From the NCBI GenBank assembly GCA_017631085.1, contig JAGBTY010000020.1, forward strand, positions 9,855 through 73,854: a DNA stretch of 64,000 bases, given 5' to 3'. Below, in pieces: positions 28,487 to 37,447 of the stretch. A program made the translations under genes and the position numbers. Under the pieces are notes generated by a model that did not search any database, had not been told where the DNA came from, and saw only the letters and a list, made by a program, of their open reading frames with translations. The number at the start of each line of letters is the position of its first letter. Within the stretch, counting starts at the first letter, position 1. The stretch comes from Clostridia bacterium. Lineage in GTDB: Bacteria > Bacillota > Clostridia > Oscillospirales > CAG-272.

Positions 28487-28514
28487 GAGTTCGACTGTCT
28501 CCGGTGGATCACCA
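28487..28514 (+). repeat. degenerate second copy of the tRNA-Lys 3' end (T-arm remnant + acceptor + CCA)
   Basis: GAGTTCGActgTCTCCGGTGGATCACCA compared with GAGTTCGAgTCTCCGGTGGATCACCA at 28328-28353. It has its own hairpin (28515-28551) and a second copy of the 19-mer GAGCTCCTCAAATTCGCAA (28409-28427 and 28571-28589). Confidence 0.65.
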
Positions 28515-28617
28515 AAAAGAGCATTTCTGCAATAGCGGAGATGCTCTTTTTAGCTTATTCGTCATGACTCGAGCTCCTCAAATTCGCAATGATCCCATTA
28601 ATATACGAAATAATTTC

Positions 28618-28660
28618 AAAAAAGGAAGCACTCGAACAAGTTCGAATGCTTCCTTTTTTT
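28618..28660. terminator. bidirectional rho-independent terminator at the lgt 3' end
   Basis: AAAAAAGGAAGCA-ctcgaacaagttcgaa-TGCTTCCTTTTTTT. Confidence 0.65.
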
Positions 28661-29453
28661 ATTCCTCGGATACCGTTTGCTCGATATCCTCCTTATTGTC
28701 AACCTTCATCGCTTCCCTTTTATAAAACTCACGAAGCGCAAAATAAAGTACTATTCCTATGACTACCATTAAAAGTGACCAGAACTGTGAGGGCGATATT
28801 ATTCCCACAAGCTCTCCTCTGTCGTCACCTCTGAGATATTCAATAAAGAATCTGAAGATTCCGTAGCAAATGAGATAAAGGCTGAAATTATGGCGAAATC
28901 TATATTTCAGGAGAAGATACGACATAATAACATAGAGTAGCAACAAGAAAATGGCTTCAAAAAGCTGTGTAGGAAGCACTTTTACAGCAAGTGTTGGGAA
29001 TTTTACTCCAAGGAAGGAGTCGGTCTCTTTTCCGTAGCAACAACCTGCAAAAAAGCAACCTATTCTTCCAAGTCCGTGTGCTATCGTTATACAGCATGGA
29101 ATAAGAGAAAGTATATTTGTAAGCTTGATATCAAGCTTTTTTCTCAAAGCAAAATACACCAGCAAAAAGAGCACAACTCCGCCGATAAGTCCGCCTATAA
29201 AGGTAATTCCTCTTCCAAGGCTAAAGCCTTTTTGTGGATCTTCTATATATTCATATACCCCTTGAAACAAGGCAGCCGAAAGAAATCCGACTCCAATCGA
29301 GGCAACTCCGTTATAAAAAGCAAAATCGAGTAGCTTTACATCTATCCCTAGTTTCTTTCCAAAAAGGTACAGCGTTCCAAAAGCTCCAAGAACACCTAAA
29401 GCTATCATTATTCCATACATGTGAACATTCAAAAATATAGGATCGGGTAACAT
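28659..29453 (-). CDS. lgt: prolipoprotein diacylglyceryl transferase
   Basis: Polytopic membrane protein with GRIGCFFAGCCYG and ...YG..RF..E.LR.D. The ATG at 29453 follows GGAGGA. Confidence 0.85.
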   Translation of the reverse strand: MLPDPIFLNVHMYGIMIALGVLGAFGTLYLFGKKLGIDVKLLDFAFYNGVASIGVGFLSAALFQGVYEYIEDPQKGFSLGRGITFIGGLIGGVVLFLLVYFALRKKLDIKLTNILSLIPCCITIAHGLGRIGCFFAGCCYGKETDSFLGVKFPTLAVKVLPTQLFEAIFLLLLYVIMSYLLLKYRFRHNFSLYLICYGIFRFFIEYLRGDDRGELVGIISPSQFWSLLMVVIGIVLYFALREFYKREAMKVDNKEDIEQTVSEE

Positions 29454-29558
29454 ATTATCCTCCGAGAATTTGATATTACCATTATACCATATCCTCTTGT
29501 TCAAAATGTAAACAAAAAGTAAAATCGGAGCAGGCTCATAAGAGTCTGCTCCATTATC

Positions 29559-30212
29559 TTATCTTCCCTGACAGTTCGGACGTCTGCAGGATCTATTCAT
29601 TCTATCGTTTTTTCCGGCTCTGTCAAAAGAGGGGTTAAATGCATAGAAATTCTTCGAATCAAGATTATCCTGAGCTATTCTCAAAGCATCTGCAAATCTC
29701 TGATAATGTACTATCTCACGCGCTCTTAAGAACTTTATTGGCTCTCGCACGTCGGGATCGTCGATAAGACGAAGCAGATTATCATAGGTAGTTCTCGCTT
29801 TCTGCTCTGCCGCTAAGTCCTCGTGAAGATCGGTGAGAATGTCACCCTTTACTCCAACATATTTCATATCAAATGGCACACCCGAAGCGGCTACGGGGTA
29901 AATACCTGTCGTGTGATCAACGAAATAGGTTGCAAAAGGGCTTCCCTCTATCTCGCTTTCCTTAAGATTTCTCGTAAGCTGATAAAGTATCGCCGCAACC
30001 ATTTCGAGATGCGCCAGCTCTTCTGTACCAACGTCGGTAAGTATTCCGGTCACCTTATCGTAAGGACAGCTGTATCTCTGGTGGAGATAACGCATCGACG
30101 CGCCAAGCTCTCCGTCAGGTCCGCCAAGCTGACTTATTATTATCTGCGCACTTTTGGGATCGGGGTTCTTTATTTTTACCGGGAACTGTAATTTTTTCTC
30201 ATATGTCCACAT
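29559..30212 (-). CDS. cotJC: spore coat protein CotJC (manganese-catalase family)
   Basis: Contains MWTYEKKLQFPV, GGPDGELGASMRYL.QRY and EELAHLEM. It is the third gene of the cotJ operon. Confidence 0.85.
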   Translation of the reverse strand: MWTYEKKLQFPVKIKNPDPKSAQIIISQLGGPDGELGASMRYLHQRYSCPYDKVTGILTDVGTEELAHLEMVAAILYQLTRNLKESEIEGSPFATYFVDHTTGIYPVAASGVPFDMKYVGVKGDILTDLHEDLAAEQKARTTYDNLLRLIDDPDVREPIKFLRAREIVHYQRFADALRIAQDNLDSKNFYAFNPSFDRAGKNDRMNRSCRRPNCQGR

Positions 30213-30536
30213 TTATCTCACCTCCAGATCTGATTCGCCATGCCACGGCCAAGGGGATTTTATCCAATCCCAGCTTGCGACACTCTTATTATCTCTCATC
30301 GTAATAGGTTTGCCGCTCTCGCCCATTGCGGCTACAAGCATTTCACGTTCCTCGCAAAGCTTATGGTAATATGCGAGTCCCTTTTCGCAATGGGGATACG
30401 CGTCAAGATAAAGATTTATTTCGACAAGCGCAAAATCTATCTTCTGAAGCTTTCTCATCATACTTTCTCTATCCCCGTTTCCAGAGGACATACATCCCAT
30501 GCTACAGCCTCTCGCTCTTACTCTTCTGTCAACCAT
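30213..30536 (-). CDS. cotJB: spore coat protein CotJB
   Basis: Contains L..I....FAL.E.NLYLD.YP....AL.YY and W.W...PWPW. The ATG at 30536 lies 8 nt after GGAGG and overlaps the cotJA stop. Its stop abuts the cotJC start. Confidence 0.75.
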   Translation of the reverse strand: MVDRRVRARGCSMGCMSSGNGDRESMMRKLQKIDFALVEINLYLDAYPHCEKGLAYYHKLCEEREMLVAAMGESGKPITMRDNKSVASWDWIKSPWPWHGESDLEVR

Positions 30537-30837
30537 TGCAGCATCCTCCCATTGATGTATTCCCATTATTTCCGGCTAAAAACGGCAGGTCAAGCTCGGA
30601 GAAAAGAGTTCCCTTCACGAGAGCCTTGTCTAAATCGTAAAGCTCTTTCCACTCCTGAATGGGCGCGTATACCATTGCAAGAGGATAACCCGAAAGTCCA
30701 AAGCTCTTATCTACTCTTCCATGTCCATGAAAAGGGCAGGAAGCTCCCTCCTCTATTCCGCTATTCGAAAGTATCTCACCTATGAGGTCGTCTCTTCCGC
30801 TTTCGTCATAGCGCATTTTGTTTCCTTCTGTATACAT
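30529..30837 (-). CDS. cotJA: spore coat-associated protein CotJA
   Basis: Contains LAMVYAPIQEW..LYD.DKAL.KGTLFSELDLPF, the CotJA signature. Confidence 0.7.
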   Translation of the reverse strand: MYTEGNKMRYDESGRDDLIGEILSNSGIEEGASCPFHGHGRVDKSFGLSGYPLAMVYAPIQEWKELYDLDKALVKGTLFSELDLPFLAGNNGNTSMGGCCNG

Positions 30838-30921
30838 TGAACTGTTTTACCTTTCTTGTCTATTAAAGACGTCATTTGACGTCTCAATTTCAGTATATGA
30901 CACTCCCTCCTCTTTTGATAT

Positions 30922-30960
30922 GAAAAAAACCTTGCCGAAAGACGCTTTGTCTTGGCAAGG
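30922..30960 (-). terminator. rho-independent terminator (minus strand) ending an orphan ~120-nt unit upstream of cotJ
   Basis: On the minus strand: CCTTGCCAAGAC-aaagc-GTCTTtcGGCAAGG followed by TTTTTTT. Confidence 0.6.
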
Positions 30961-31044
30961 CTTTTACTTATTCATACTTATTTTTCTTTTCTGCTTTTTG
31001 AAGCTTATTGGTATAGCCCAAGTCGTCCTTTTTTCTACCACCTT

Positions 31045-31073
31045 ATTTTACCGCATATTTTAAATAATTTCAA
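31045..31073 (-). promoter_or_regulatory. sigma-A-type promoter (TTGAAA-17-TAAAAT) with no ORF behind it
   Basis: On the minus strand: TTGAAA ttatttaaaatatgcgg TAAAAT. It lies between two minus-strand terminators. Confidence 0.45.
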
Positions 31074-31078
31074 TACGT

Positions 31079-31105
31079 GAAAAAAAGGGGCAAAGCCCCT
31101 TTTTT
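31079..31105 (-). terminator. rho-independent terminator of the DUF3794-like gene
   Basis: On the minus strand: AAAAAAGGGGC-ttt-GCCCCTTTTTTT, starting at the stop codon. Confidence 0.65.
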
Positions 31106-32591
31106 ATCTGTTTATAAGGACAAAGCTTTCTCCGTCCCTATATTCTATCTTATCCTCGCAAACGTTATATTTTTTAGCTATTGCCCAAATATCTTCTACG
31201 TTTTCAGGGAAGCAAATTACAGTCTCTCCTTTAACACACATGACGTCGTCACCCACGGAGACATTTTTAACTACGCGTATCCTCTCCTCTCCAACGCATT
31301 TCATATTAACTACCGCCTCGCAGGACAAAAGAATATTTTCCCCATCCTCCATAGCCTTTGTGCCAAGTGCCATACATGATATGTCCATGCTTGTTGCCTC
31401 ACTTACACCGTCGGTCTCAAATCTTATAGGGAAAGCCACCTCGTCTGCAGTATATTCACCGCTCTTTTTGCTTATGAGCGAAAATCTTGCATTACCCGTG
31501 AGAACGTATTTTGAATTTTCAAATACGCATTTATCAATATTCACCTTTGTAAAGCATTCGACTATTTTTGAATCCTCCGACATGTTTATATCCTTTTTAG
31601 CTATCCTCTCGTTTATCGAGAAGTTTCTATCGGTGCATTTGAGGCATATAGGAAGTATTTTTTCCTCTTTTTCAACGTCGCACATCTTTTCGGTAGAATA
31701 CATATCCGAAAGATATGTCGTTTTTTGATTTGACATCACCGACACCTCTACTGTAACATCTGCCGAGCACACTATTCTATCTTCCTCTACACTTACCGAA
31801 AGGTCTGTAATATATCCTTTAGCCGAAAGTCCGTCAGTCTCACCCATGTCACACATGATCTCTCCCGACACGGGTATCCTTCTCTCTTGCCTCAAGGTAT
31901 TTCCCTCTTCGTCACACATCAGAAGTATGATATTCACGTCTCCTCTGAAGCTTACGCCTCCGTCGATAACTGCCGTATCGCTTACGAACACTTCTCCGTC
32001 CGCATAAACGACACGTGACGAATCCGAAGGCATAGGAATTTCGGAGGTCACCTCGAACACGTCAGAGTTTGCTACACACTCCACAAGAGCTTTGATCTCT
32101 CCTATTCTTCTCATTACTTTATTCGCGTCAAGAGCGGAAGGTATCGCTTCTCCGTAAGCCTCTTTGCCATATGCTCTCACGTGAGCGCAAAGCTTTGTTT
32201 TTATACTTATCTTATCTGCCGATACTACGCGCACAGATGTGTTTTCCACCTCTATATGCGGGAATGCAACTACATCGGTGATCGAGTCATTTACACGGTC
32301 AAAAGGAATATTTACACTGTATTCGGAGGAAGTGGGCAAGGCATGAATACCGCCATCTCCGCCCATATACAGTATCCTGTATTCAACCTGCCCATTAAAT
32401 TCTGCGCTGTTTGCCCCCATGTATTTCGCAAAAGGAAGAACACGTGCCTCAACGTGAAGCAAACGGCGTATATCGGGTTGATAGTCAGGAAAGCTATAAT
32501 CGGTCGAGGAATCAAAATATACCGTTTTGTCACATACCACCGCTGTCATATACTCCATATCACTGTTTTCGAATGCTTTTTCATTGTTCAT
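31104..32591 (-). CDS. DUF3794-like (SipL/SpoVID-N-type repeat) sporulation-associated protein
   Basis: 495-aa soluble protein. The N-terminal ...PDYQPDIRRLLHVEARV... resembles the DUF3794 repeat as I remember it. It sits next to cotJ. Confidence 0.5.
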   Translation of the reverse strand: MNNEKAFENSDMEYMTAVVCDKTVYFDSSTDYSFPDYQPDIRRLLHVEARVLPFAKYMGANSAEFNGQVEYRILYMGGDGGIHALPTSSEYSVNIPFDRVNDSITDVVAFPHIEVENTSVRVVSADKISIKTKLCAHVRAYGKEAYGEAIPSALDANKVMRRIGEIKALVECVANSDVFEVTSEIPMPSDSSRVVYADGEVFVSDTAVIDGGVSFRGDVNIILLMCDEEGNTLRQERRIPVSGEIMCDMGETDGLSAKGYITDLSVSVEEDRIVCSADVTVEVSVMSNQKTTYLSDMYSTEKMCDVEKEEKILPICLKCTDRNFSINERIAKKDINMSEDSKIVECFTKVNIDKCVFENSKYVLTGNARFSLISKKSGEYTADEVAFPIRFETDGVSEATSMDISCMALGTKAMEDGENILLSCEAVVNMKCVGEERIRVVKNVSVGDDVMCVKGETVICFPENVEDIWAIAKKYNVCEDKIEYRDGESFVLINR

Positions 32592-32764
32592 CTTCTGTCC
32601 CTCTCTGCAATTTATTTATTCGGTAAATCTTATGCGAGATATATTTTTTTTATTACATCACTTAAAATCCACACAGAAAAAAATAAAATACTTTGACATA
32701 TTGACTTTTTTGTGTTATAATATAAAATGTATATAAATGACCATTTGAAAATTAAGGAGAAAAA

Positions 32765-34081
32765 ATGGTAAAAATAACTGACGTTCTTCCGAGAAGCCGA
32801 GCAGGCAAGGCAGGAATTCTTGTGGGAGACATTCTTATTTCGATAAACGACCAGGAAATAAACGACGTTCTTGACTACCGCTTTTATCTTGCGGATAAGC
32901 AGATAGAGCTAAAGGTAAAACGCGGTGAGCGAGAGCTTGTTTTTAAAATAAAAAAAGCCGAATACGATGATATAGGACTGGACTTTGAAACTCCTCTTAT
33001 GGATAAAAAGCATTCATGTGAAAACAAGTGTGTTTTCTGTTTTATTGATCAGCTTCCTCGCGGAATGCGCTCCTCCCTATACTTCAAGGACGACGACTCA
33101 CGTCTGTCTTTTCTTCACGGAAATTATATCACACTTACTAACCTTGAGGAGAAGGATATACAGCGTATAATCGATATGCATATATCCCCTGTAAATATTT
33201 CGGTACATACCACAAACCCCGAGCTTCGTGTTACCATGATGAAAAACAAGCGTTCGGGAGACGTACTGAAGTACATGGACATGTTGGCTGGGGCCGGTAT
33301 ATCCCTTTGCTGTCAGATAGTTCTTTGCAAGGGCCTCAACGACGGAGCGGAGCTTGACAGAACCATGTGTGACCTTGAAAGACTCGCTCCCGCAATGGAG
33401 AGCACCGCAATAGTTCCCGCGGGACTTACAAAATACAGAGACGGTCTGTACCCACTTGAGCCCTTCAGTGCCGGGGAATGTGCGAAGATCATAAAGCAGA
33501 TAGAAGCCTTTGGCGATATGTGTATATATAAACACGGAACGAGACTTTTCTATCCTTCCGACGAATTTTATCTCAAAGCAGGTCTTCCCCTTCCCCCCGA
33601 TGATTTTTACGAGAGCTACTCCCAGATAGAAAACGGAGTGGGAATGATAACCGATATGAGCACGGCAATTGACTATGAGCTTGAATCGGCAGAAGACTAT
33701 AAATCAGATTTTTCCTCGCGCTCTCCCCGTCATGTATCCATTGTTACGGGATATGCGGCATACGACCATATACTCTCAAAAGCTAAATTGCTTGAAAAAA
33801 ATTTTGAAGGCTTAAAAATTTCAGTATATAAAATAAAAAACAACTTTTTCGGAGAACACATCACGGTTTCAGGTCTCCTTACGGCAAAGGATATATCCAT
33901 GCAGCTGAAAGGACAAGACCTTGGAGACGAGCTCCTCATTCCCTCCTCGTGCCTCAGAGCAGAGGGTGATGTTTTTCTCGACGACGTAACCCCCGAAGAG
34001 CTCTCACGTGAGCTTCACGTCAGCATCCGTCCCACGTCAAGCGACGCCGCCGAGTTCATAAGGAACGTATTGGGGCTCTGA
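32765..34081 (+). CDS. PDZ + radical-SAM-like DUF512 protein
   Basis: N-terminal PDZ (AGILVGDILISIN) and the Cys cluster CENKCVFCF (CxxxCxxC). Its position directly upstream of der is typical of Clostridia. Confidence 0.75.
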   Translation: MVKITDVLPRSRAGKAGILVGDILISINDQEINDVLDYRFYLADKQIELKVKRGERELVFKIKKAEYDDIGLDFETPLMDKKHSCENKCVFCFIDQLPRGMRSSLYFKDDDSRLSFLHGNYITLTNLEEKDIQRIIDMHISPVNISVHTTNPELRVTMMKNKRSGDVLKYMDMLAGAGISLCCQIVLCKGLNDGAELDRTMCDLERLAPAMESTAIVPAGLTKYRDGLYPLEPFSAGECAKIIKQIEAFGDMCIYKHGTRLFYPSDEFYLKAGLPLPPDDFYESYSQIENGVGMITDMSTAIDYELESAEDYKSDFSSRSPRHVSIVTGYAAYDHILSKAKLLEKNFEGLKISVYKIKNNFFGEHITVSGLLTAKDISMQLKGQDLGDELLIPSSCLRAEGDVFLDDVTPEELSRELHVSIRPTSSDAAEFIRNVLGL

Positions 34082-34109
34082 AAAAATCTTTAGGAAAGGA
34101 ATTATACAG

Positions 34110-35438
34110 ATGTCAAGACCTGTAATAGCCATAGTTGGAAGACCCAATGTTGGAAAAAGCACACTTTTTAATAAACTTATAGGAGAAAGACGCTCCATAG
34201 TAGAAGACACCCCTGGTGTTACAAGAGACAGAATATACGGAGTAACAGAATGGAGAGGACGTAAATTCAGCGTTATCGACACCGGAGGTATTGAGCCAAA
34301 GACCGACGACATCATACTGAAGCAGATGCGTTTTCAGGCAGAGATAGCTATTGAGAGCGCTGACGTTATACTCTTCATGTGCGACGTCCGCACAGGACTT
34401 ACCGCAGACGATAAGGATATTGCAATAATGCTCCAAAAAAGCCAAAAGCCTGTCGTTCCCTGTATCAACAAATGCGACAGTGTGGGAGCTGTTCCCTTTG
34501 AGTTTTATGAATTTTACGAGCTTGGCTTCGCTATTGAGCCTATTGCTCTGTCTTCTGTTCACGGAAGCGGAACGGGTGATATTCTTGACGCTGTTGTTGA
34601 TTCCCTTGGTGAATACGCGGAGGAAGATGACGACGACGATAGCATAAAGGTCGCCGTTATCGGAAAACCCAATGCAGGAAAATCCTCTATAATCAACAAG
34701 ATAATAGGACAAGAGCGACTTATCGTATCAAACATTGCAGGTACGACAAGAGATGCGGTTGACACGCATCTCGAAAATGAACACGGAAAGTTTACCTTTA
34801 TCGATACCGCAGGTATCAGACGTTCTTCAAAGATAAATGACAAGATAGAAAAATACAGTGTTCTCCGCGCACACATGGCTGTCGAGAGAGCCGATGTTTG
34901 TCTTATCATGATAGATGCGTGAACAGGAATCACAGAGCAGGACGAAAAGATAGCAGGTATCGCTCACGAAGCGGGAAAAGCATCTATTATCGTCGTAAAC
35001 AAATGGGATAGCATAGAAAAAGACAACAGTACGGTCAATACATTTAACGAAAAGATCAGGACAGCTCTTTCGTATATGCCATACGCTCCCATAGTTTACG
35101 TATCCGCCCTTACAGGTCAACGTATTCAAACACTTTTTGAGCACATCAAATACGTTCACAATCAATCGACAACAAGAATATCCACGGGTATGCTCAACGA
35201 CGTCCTTGCCGACGCTACCATGAGAGTCCAGCCTCCGTCGGATAAGGGTAAGCGACTTAAGATATATTATATGACGCAGATCTCGGTAGCCCCGCCCACC
35301 TTCGTTCTTTTCTGCAATAACGCAGAGCTTTTCCATTTTTCATATCAGCGTTATATTGAAAATTGCCTCAGACAGACCTTTGGATTTAACGGAACTCCCA
35401 TAAAGCTTATAATCAAAATGAAGGGAGATAATACATGA
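34110..35438 (+). pseudogene. der: ribosome-biogenesis GTPase Der (EngA) interrupted by an in-frame TGA at 34920-34922
   Basis: GD1 has GRPNVGKST, DTGG and NKCD. GD2 has GKPNAGKSS and DTAGIR, then ...MIDA*TGITEQD...VVNKWD, followed by the KH-like C-terminus. The frame is unchanged across the stop (34110 and 35076 are in phase). Confidence 0.85.
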
Positions 35439-36130
35439 ATACCGTCAAGGGACTTCTTTTCGACTTCAACGGCACACTGTTTTTTGACAGCAAATATCAT
35501 ATGGAAGCATTTCGCCGCTATTTCAGAAGCCACGGAAAACCTGTTCCTACAGACGAATTTATGGTTCATAACATATTTGGTCGTACTAATACACAAATAG
35601 TCCGTGAAAATTTCAATATTAATGCAACAATAAAGGATATTGAGGAATTTTCCCAAGAAAAAGAGATAAATTACAGAAAGCTTTGTCTTGAAGTACCCGG
35701 CGGTATTCAGCTTGTTGAAGGAGCAGAAGAAATGTTCGACTCACTTAAGGAGGCAGGTATTCCATTTTGCATAGCAACAGGCTCGGGAGGCGATAATATC
35801 GAATTTTATTTCGAGCAGTTCAATCTCTCACGATGGTTTGATATCGGAAAAAATATCGTATTTGATGACGGAACATTCAAAAGCAAGCCTGCCCCTGATA
35901 TATATCTTATTGCAGCCGAGAAAATCGGACTTTCAGCCTCAGAATGCGCGGTGTTTGAGGATGGAACCTCAGGAATGATATCCGCTATGTCTGCAAACGC
36001 CGGAGCTTTGGTCGCTATTTATGATTCTTCCCTGCCAGATCCAATAACAGAAGATATACACCCAGATATAACTGTCCACAGCCTTGCAAATTGGAAAAGT
36101 ATCCTCGCAAAGCTCGGATTGAATATTTAA
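35435..36130 (+). CDS. HAD-superfamily hydrolase (beta-phosphoglucomutase-like subfamily IA)
   Basis: Contains LLFDFNGTLF (DxD-type motif I), ATGS and FEDG.SG. Its start overlaps the der stop (ATGA). Confidence 0.8.
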   Translation: MNTVKGLLFDFNGTLFFDSKYHMEAFRRYFRSHGKPVPTDEFMVHNIFGRTNTQIVRENFNINATIKDIEEFSQEKEINYRKLCLEVPGGIQLVEGAEEMFDSLKEAGIPFCIATGSGGDNIEFYFEQFNLSRWFDIGKNIVFDDGTFKSKPAPDIYLIAAEKIGLSASECAVFEDGTSGMISAMSANAGALVAIYDSSLPDPITEDIHPDITVHSLANWKSILAKLGLNI

Positions 36131-36160
36131 AATCCAAAAACTTCGAAAGGAAGTGCTATT

Positions 36161-37441
36161 ATGTTTGTCGATAAAGTAAAAATATATATAAGAGCCGGAG
36201 ACGGTGGCAACGGCGCTATCTCATTCAGACGTGAAAAATACGTTTCTCACGGAGGACCTGACGGCGGTGACGGCGGTCGTGGCGGTAATATCGTTTTCAG
36301 AATAGATCCCGGCTCAAACACACTCCTTGCTTTTAGATATAAAAGAAAATTTATTGCAGGCAACGGCGGTAACGGTATGGGAGCAAAATTCCACGGTGCT
36401 ACAGCCGATGACCTTGTGATACTCGTTCCTCCCGGAACTATAATCAGAGAAGCGGAAAGCGGACGTATCATTCACGACATGACAGAAAATGACGGTGCTG
36501 ATTTCATTTGCGCTCACGGCGGTCGCGGCGGTTGGGGTAACAGACATTTTGCTACCGCCACAAGACAGGTTCCTATGTTTGCTAAAAACGGAACTAAAGG
36601 TGAGGAAATGGAGGTCACACTTGAGCTTAAGATGCTTGCGGACGTTGGTCTCATAGGATATCCAAGTGTTGGAAAATCCTCTATCCTCAGCTGTATCAGC
36701 GCAGCAAAGCCTAAAATTGCAGATTATCATTTCACCACCCTCTCGCCAAATCTTGGCGTCGTATCCACAGGTGGAGAGGAAGGCTTCGTTGCCGCGGATA
36801 TTCCCGGTCTTATCGAAGGCGCTGCTGAGGGTGCGGGACTTGGACATGCATTCCTCCGTCACGTTGACAGGTGCAGACTGCTTCTTCACGTAGTCGATAT
36901 TTCCTGCTTTGAGGGACGCGATCCCATAGACGATATAAAGCTCATAAACACAGAGCTTGAAAAATACAGCCCTGAACTTGCGAAAAGACCCCAGATAATT
37001 ATTGCAAACAAGTGCGACTCCCTTGACAGAGATGTCGTTGATATTGAAGCATTTGAAGCCTTTGTTGAAGAAAACGGTTGGGAGCTTCTTTACGTTTCAG
37101 CCGCTACCGGTGAAGGACTTGATGAAATGGTACGTCTTGCGGCAGAAAAGCTGCGCGAACTTCCTCCAATAACCATATACGAAAGTGAAATATCCCCCGA
37201 CGAAGAATACGTCTCGTCAGGAAAACAGACTACTGTAAGAAATGAAAACGGTGTTTATGTAGTTGAGGGCGAGTGGCTCTTCAATCTTATGGGACAGATC
37301 AATTTCGACGACTATGAATCGCTCAACTATTTCCAAAAGATACTCAAAAACAGCGGTGTTTTCGAGCTTCTTGAAGAAAAAGGCTGTCGTGACGGAGATA
37401 CAGTCTCTATGTATGAGTTTGAATTTGATTACGTTAAATAA
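36161..37441 (+). CDS. obg: GTPase Obg/CgtA
   Basis: Contains MFVDKVKIYIRAGDGGNG, GGPDGGDGGRGG, GYPSVGKSS, DIPGLIEGA and a C-terminal OCT/DUF1967 domain. Confidence 0.92.
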   Translation: MFVDKVKIYIRAGDGGNGAISFRREKYVSHGGPDGGDGGRGGNIVFRIDPGSNTLLAFRYKRKFIAGNGGNGMGAKFHGATADDLVILVPPGTIIREAESGRIIHDMTENDGADFICAHGGRGGWGNRHFATATRQVPMFAKNGTKGEEMEVTLELKMLADVGLIGYPSVGKSSILSCISAAKPKIADYHFTTLSPNLGVVSTGGEEGFVAADIPGLIEGAAEGAGLGHAFLRHVDRCRLLLHVVDISCFEGRDPIDDIKLINTELEKYSPELAKRPQIIIANKCDSLDRDVVDIEAFEAFVEENGWELLYVSAATGEGLDEMVRLAAEKLRELPPITIYESEISPDEEYVSSGKQTTVRNENGVYVVEGEWLFNLMGQINFDDYESLNYFQKILKNSGVFELLEEKGCRDGDTVSMYEFEFDYVK

Positions 37442-37447
37442 GAGTAT

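Noticed and set aside
28435-28514. Possible second functional tRNA ending at the duplicated ...GGTGGATCACCA.
   Set aside because: The candidate 5' acceptor strand (GATTGAC) mispairs. No D arm or anticodon arm can be folded, and the T loop carries an insertion. It is a remnant, not a gene.
28504-28725. 73-aa plus-strand ORF spanning the tRNA remnant and the lgt terminator.
   Set aside because: It has no RBS, runs through two terminator hairpins and into the antisense of lgt, and has low-complexity composition.
30963-31040. Small peptides inside the orphan unit: a GTG-initiated 25-mer MVEKRTTWAIPISFKKQKRKISMNK and a TTG-initiated 17-mer.
   Set aside because: The GTG coincides with the predicted transcription start and has no spacer after the RBS-like AAGG. 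The TTG has only a 4-nt spacer. Neither looks like a known small-protein family.
34920-34922. TGA in der as evidence for an alternative genetic code (TGA read as Trp or Gly) or for selenocysteine.
   Set aside because: TGA clearly terminates other well-delimited genes here, for example 2313-2315, 4032-4034, 8192-8194 and 35436-35438. The position in Der is a variable, non-catalytic residue, and I see no SECIS-like hairpin directly downstream.
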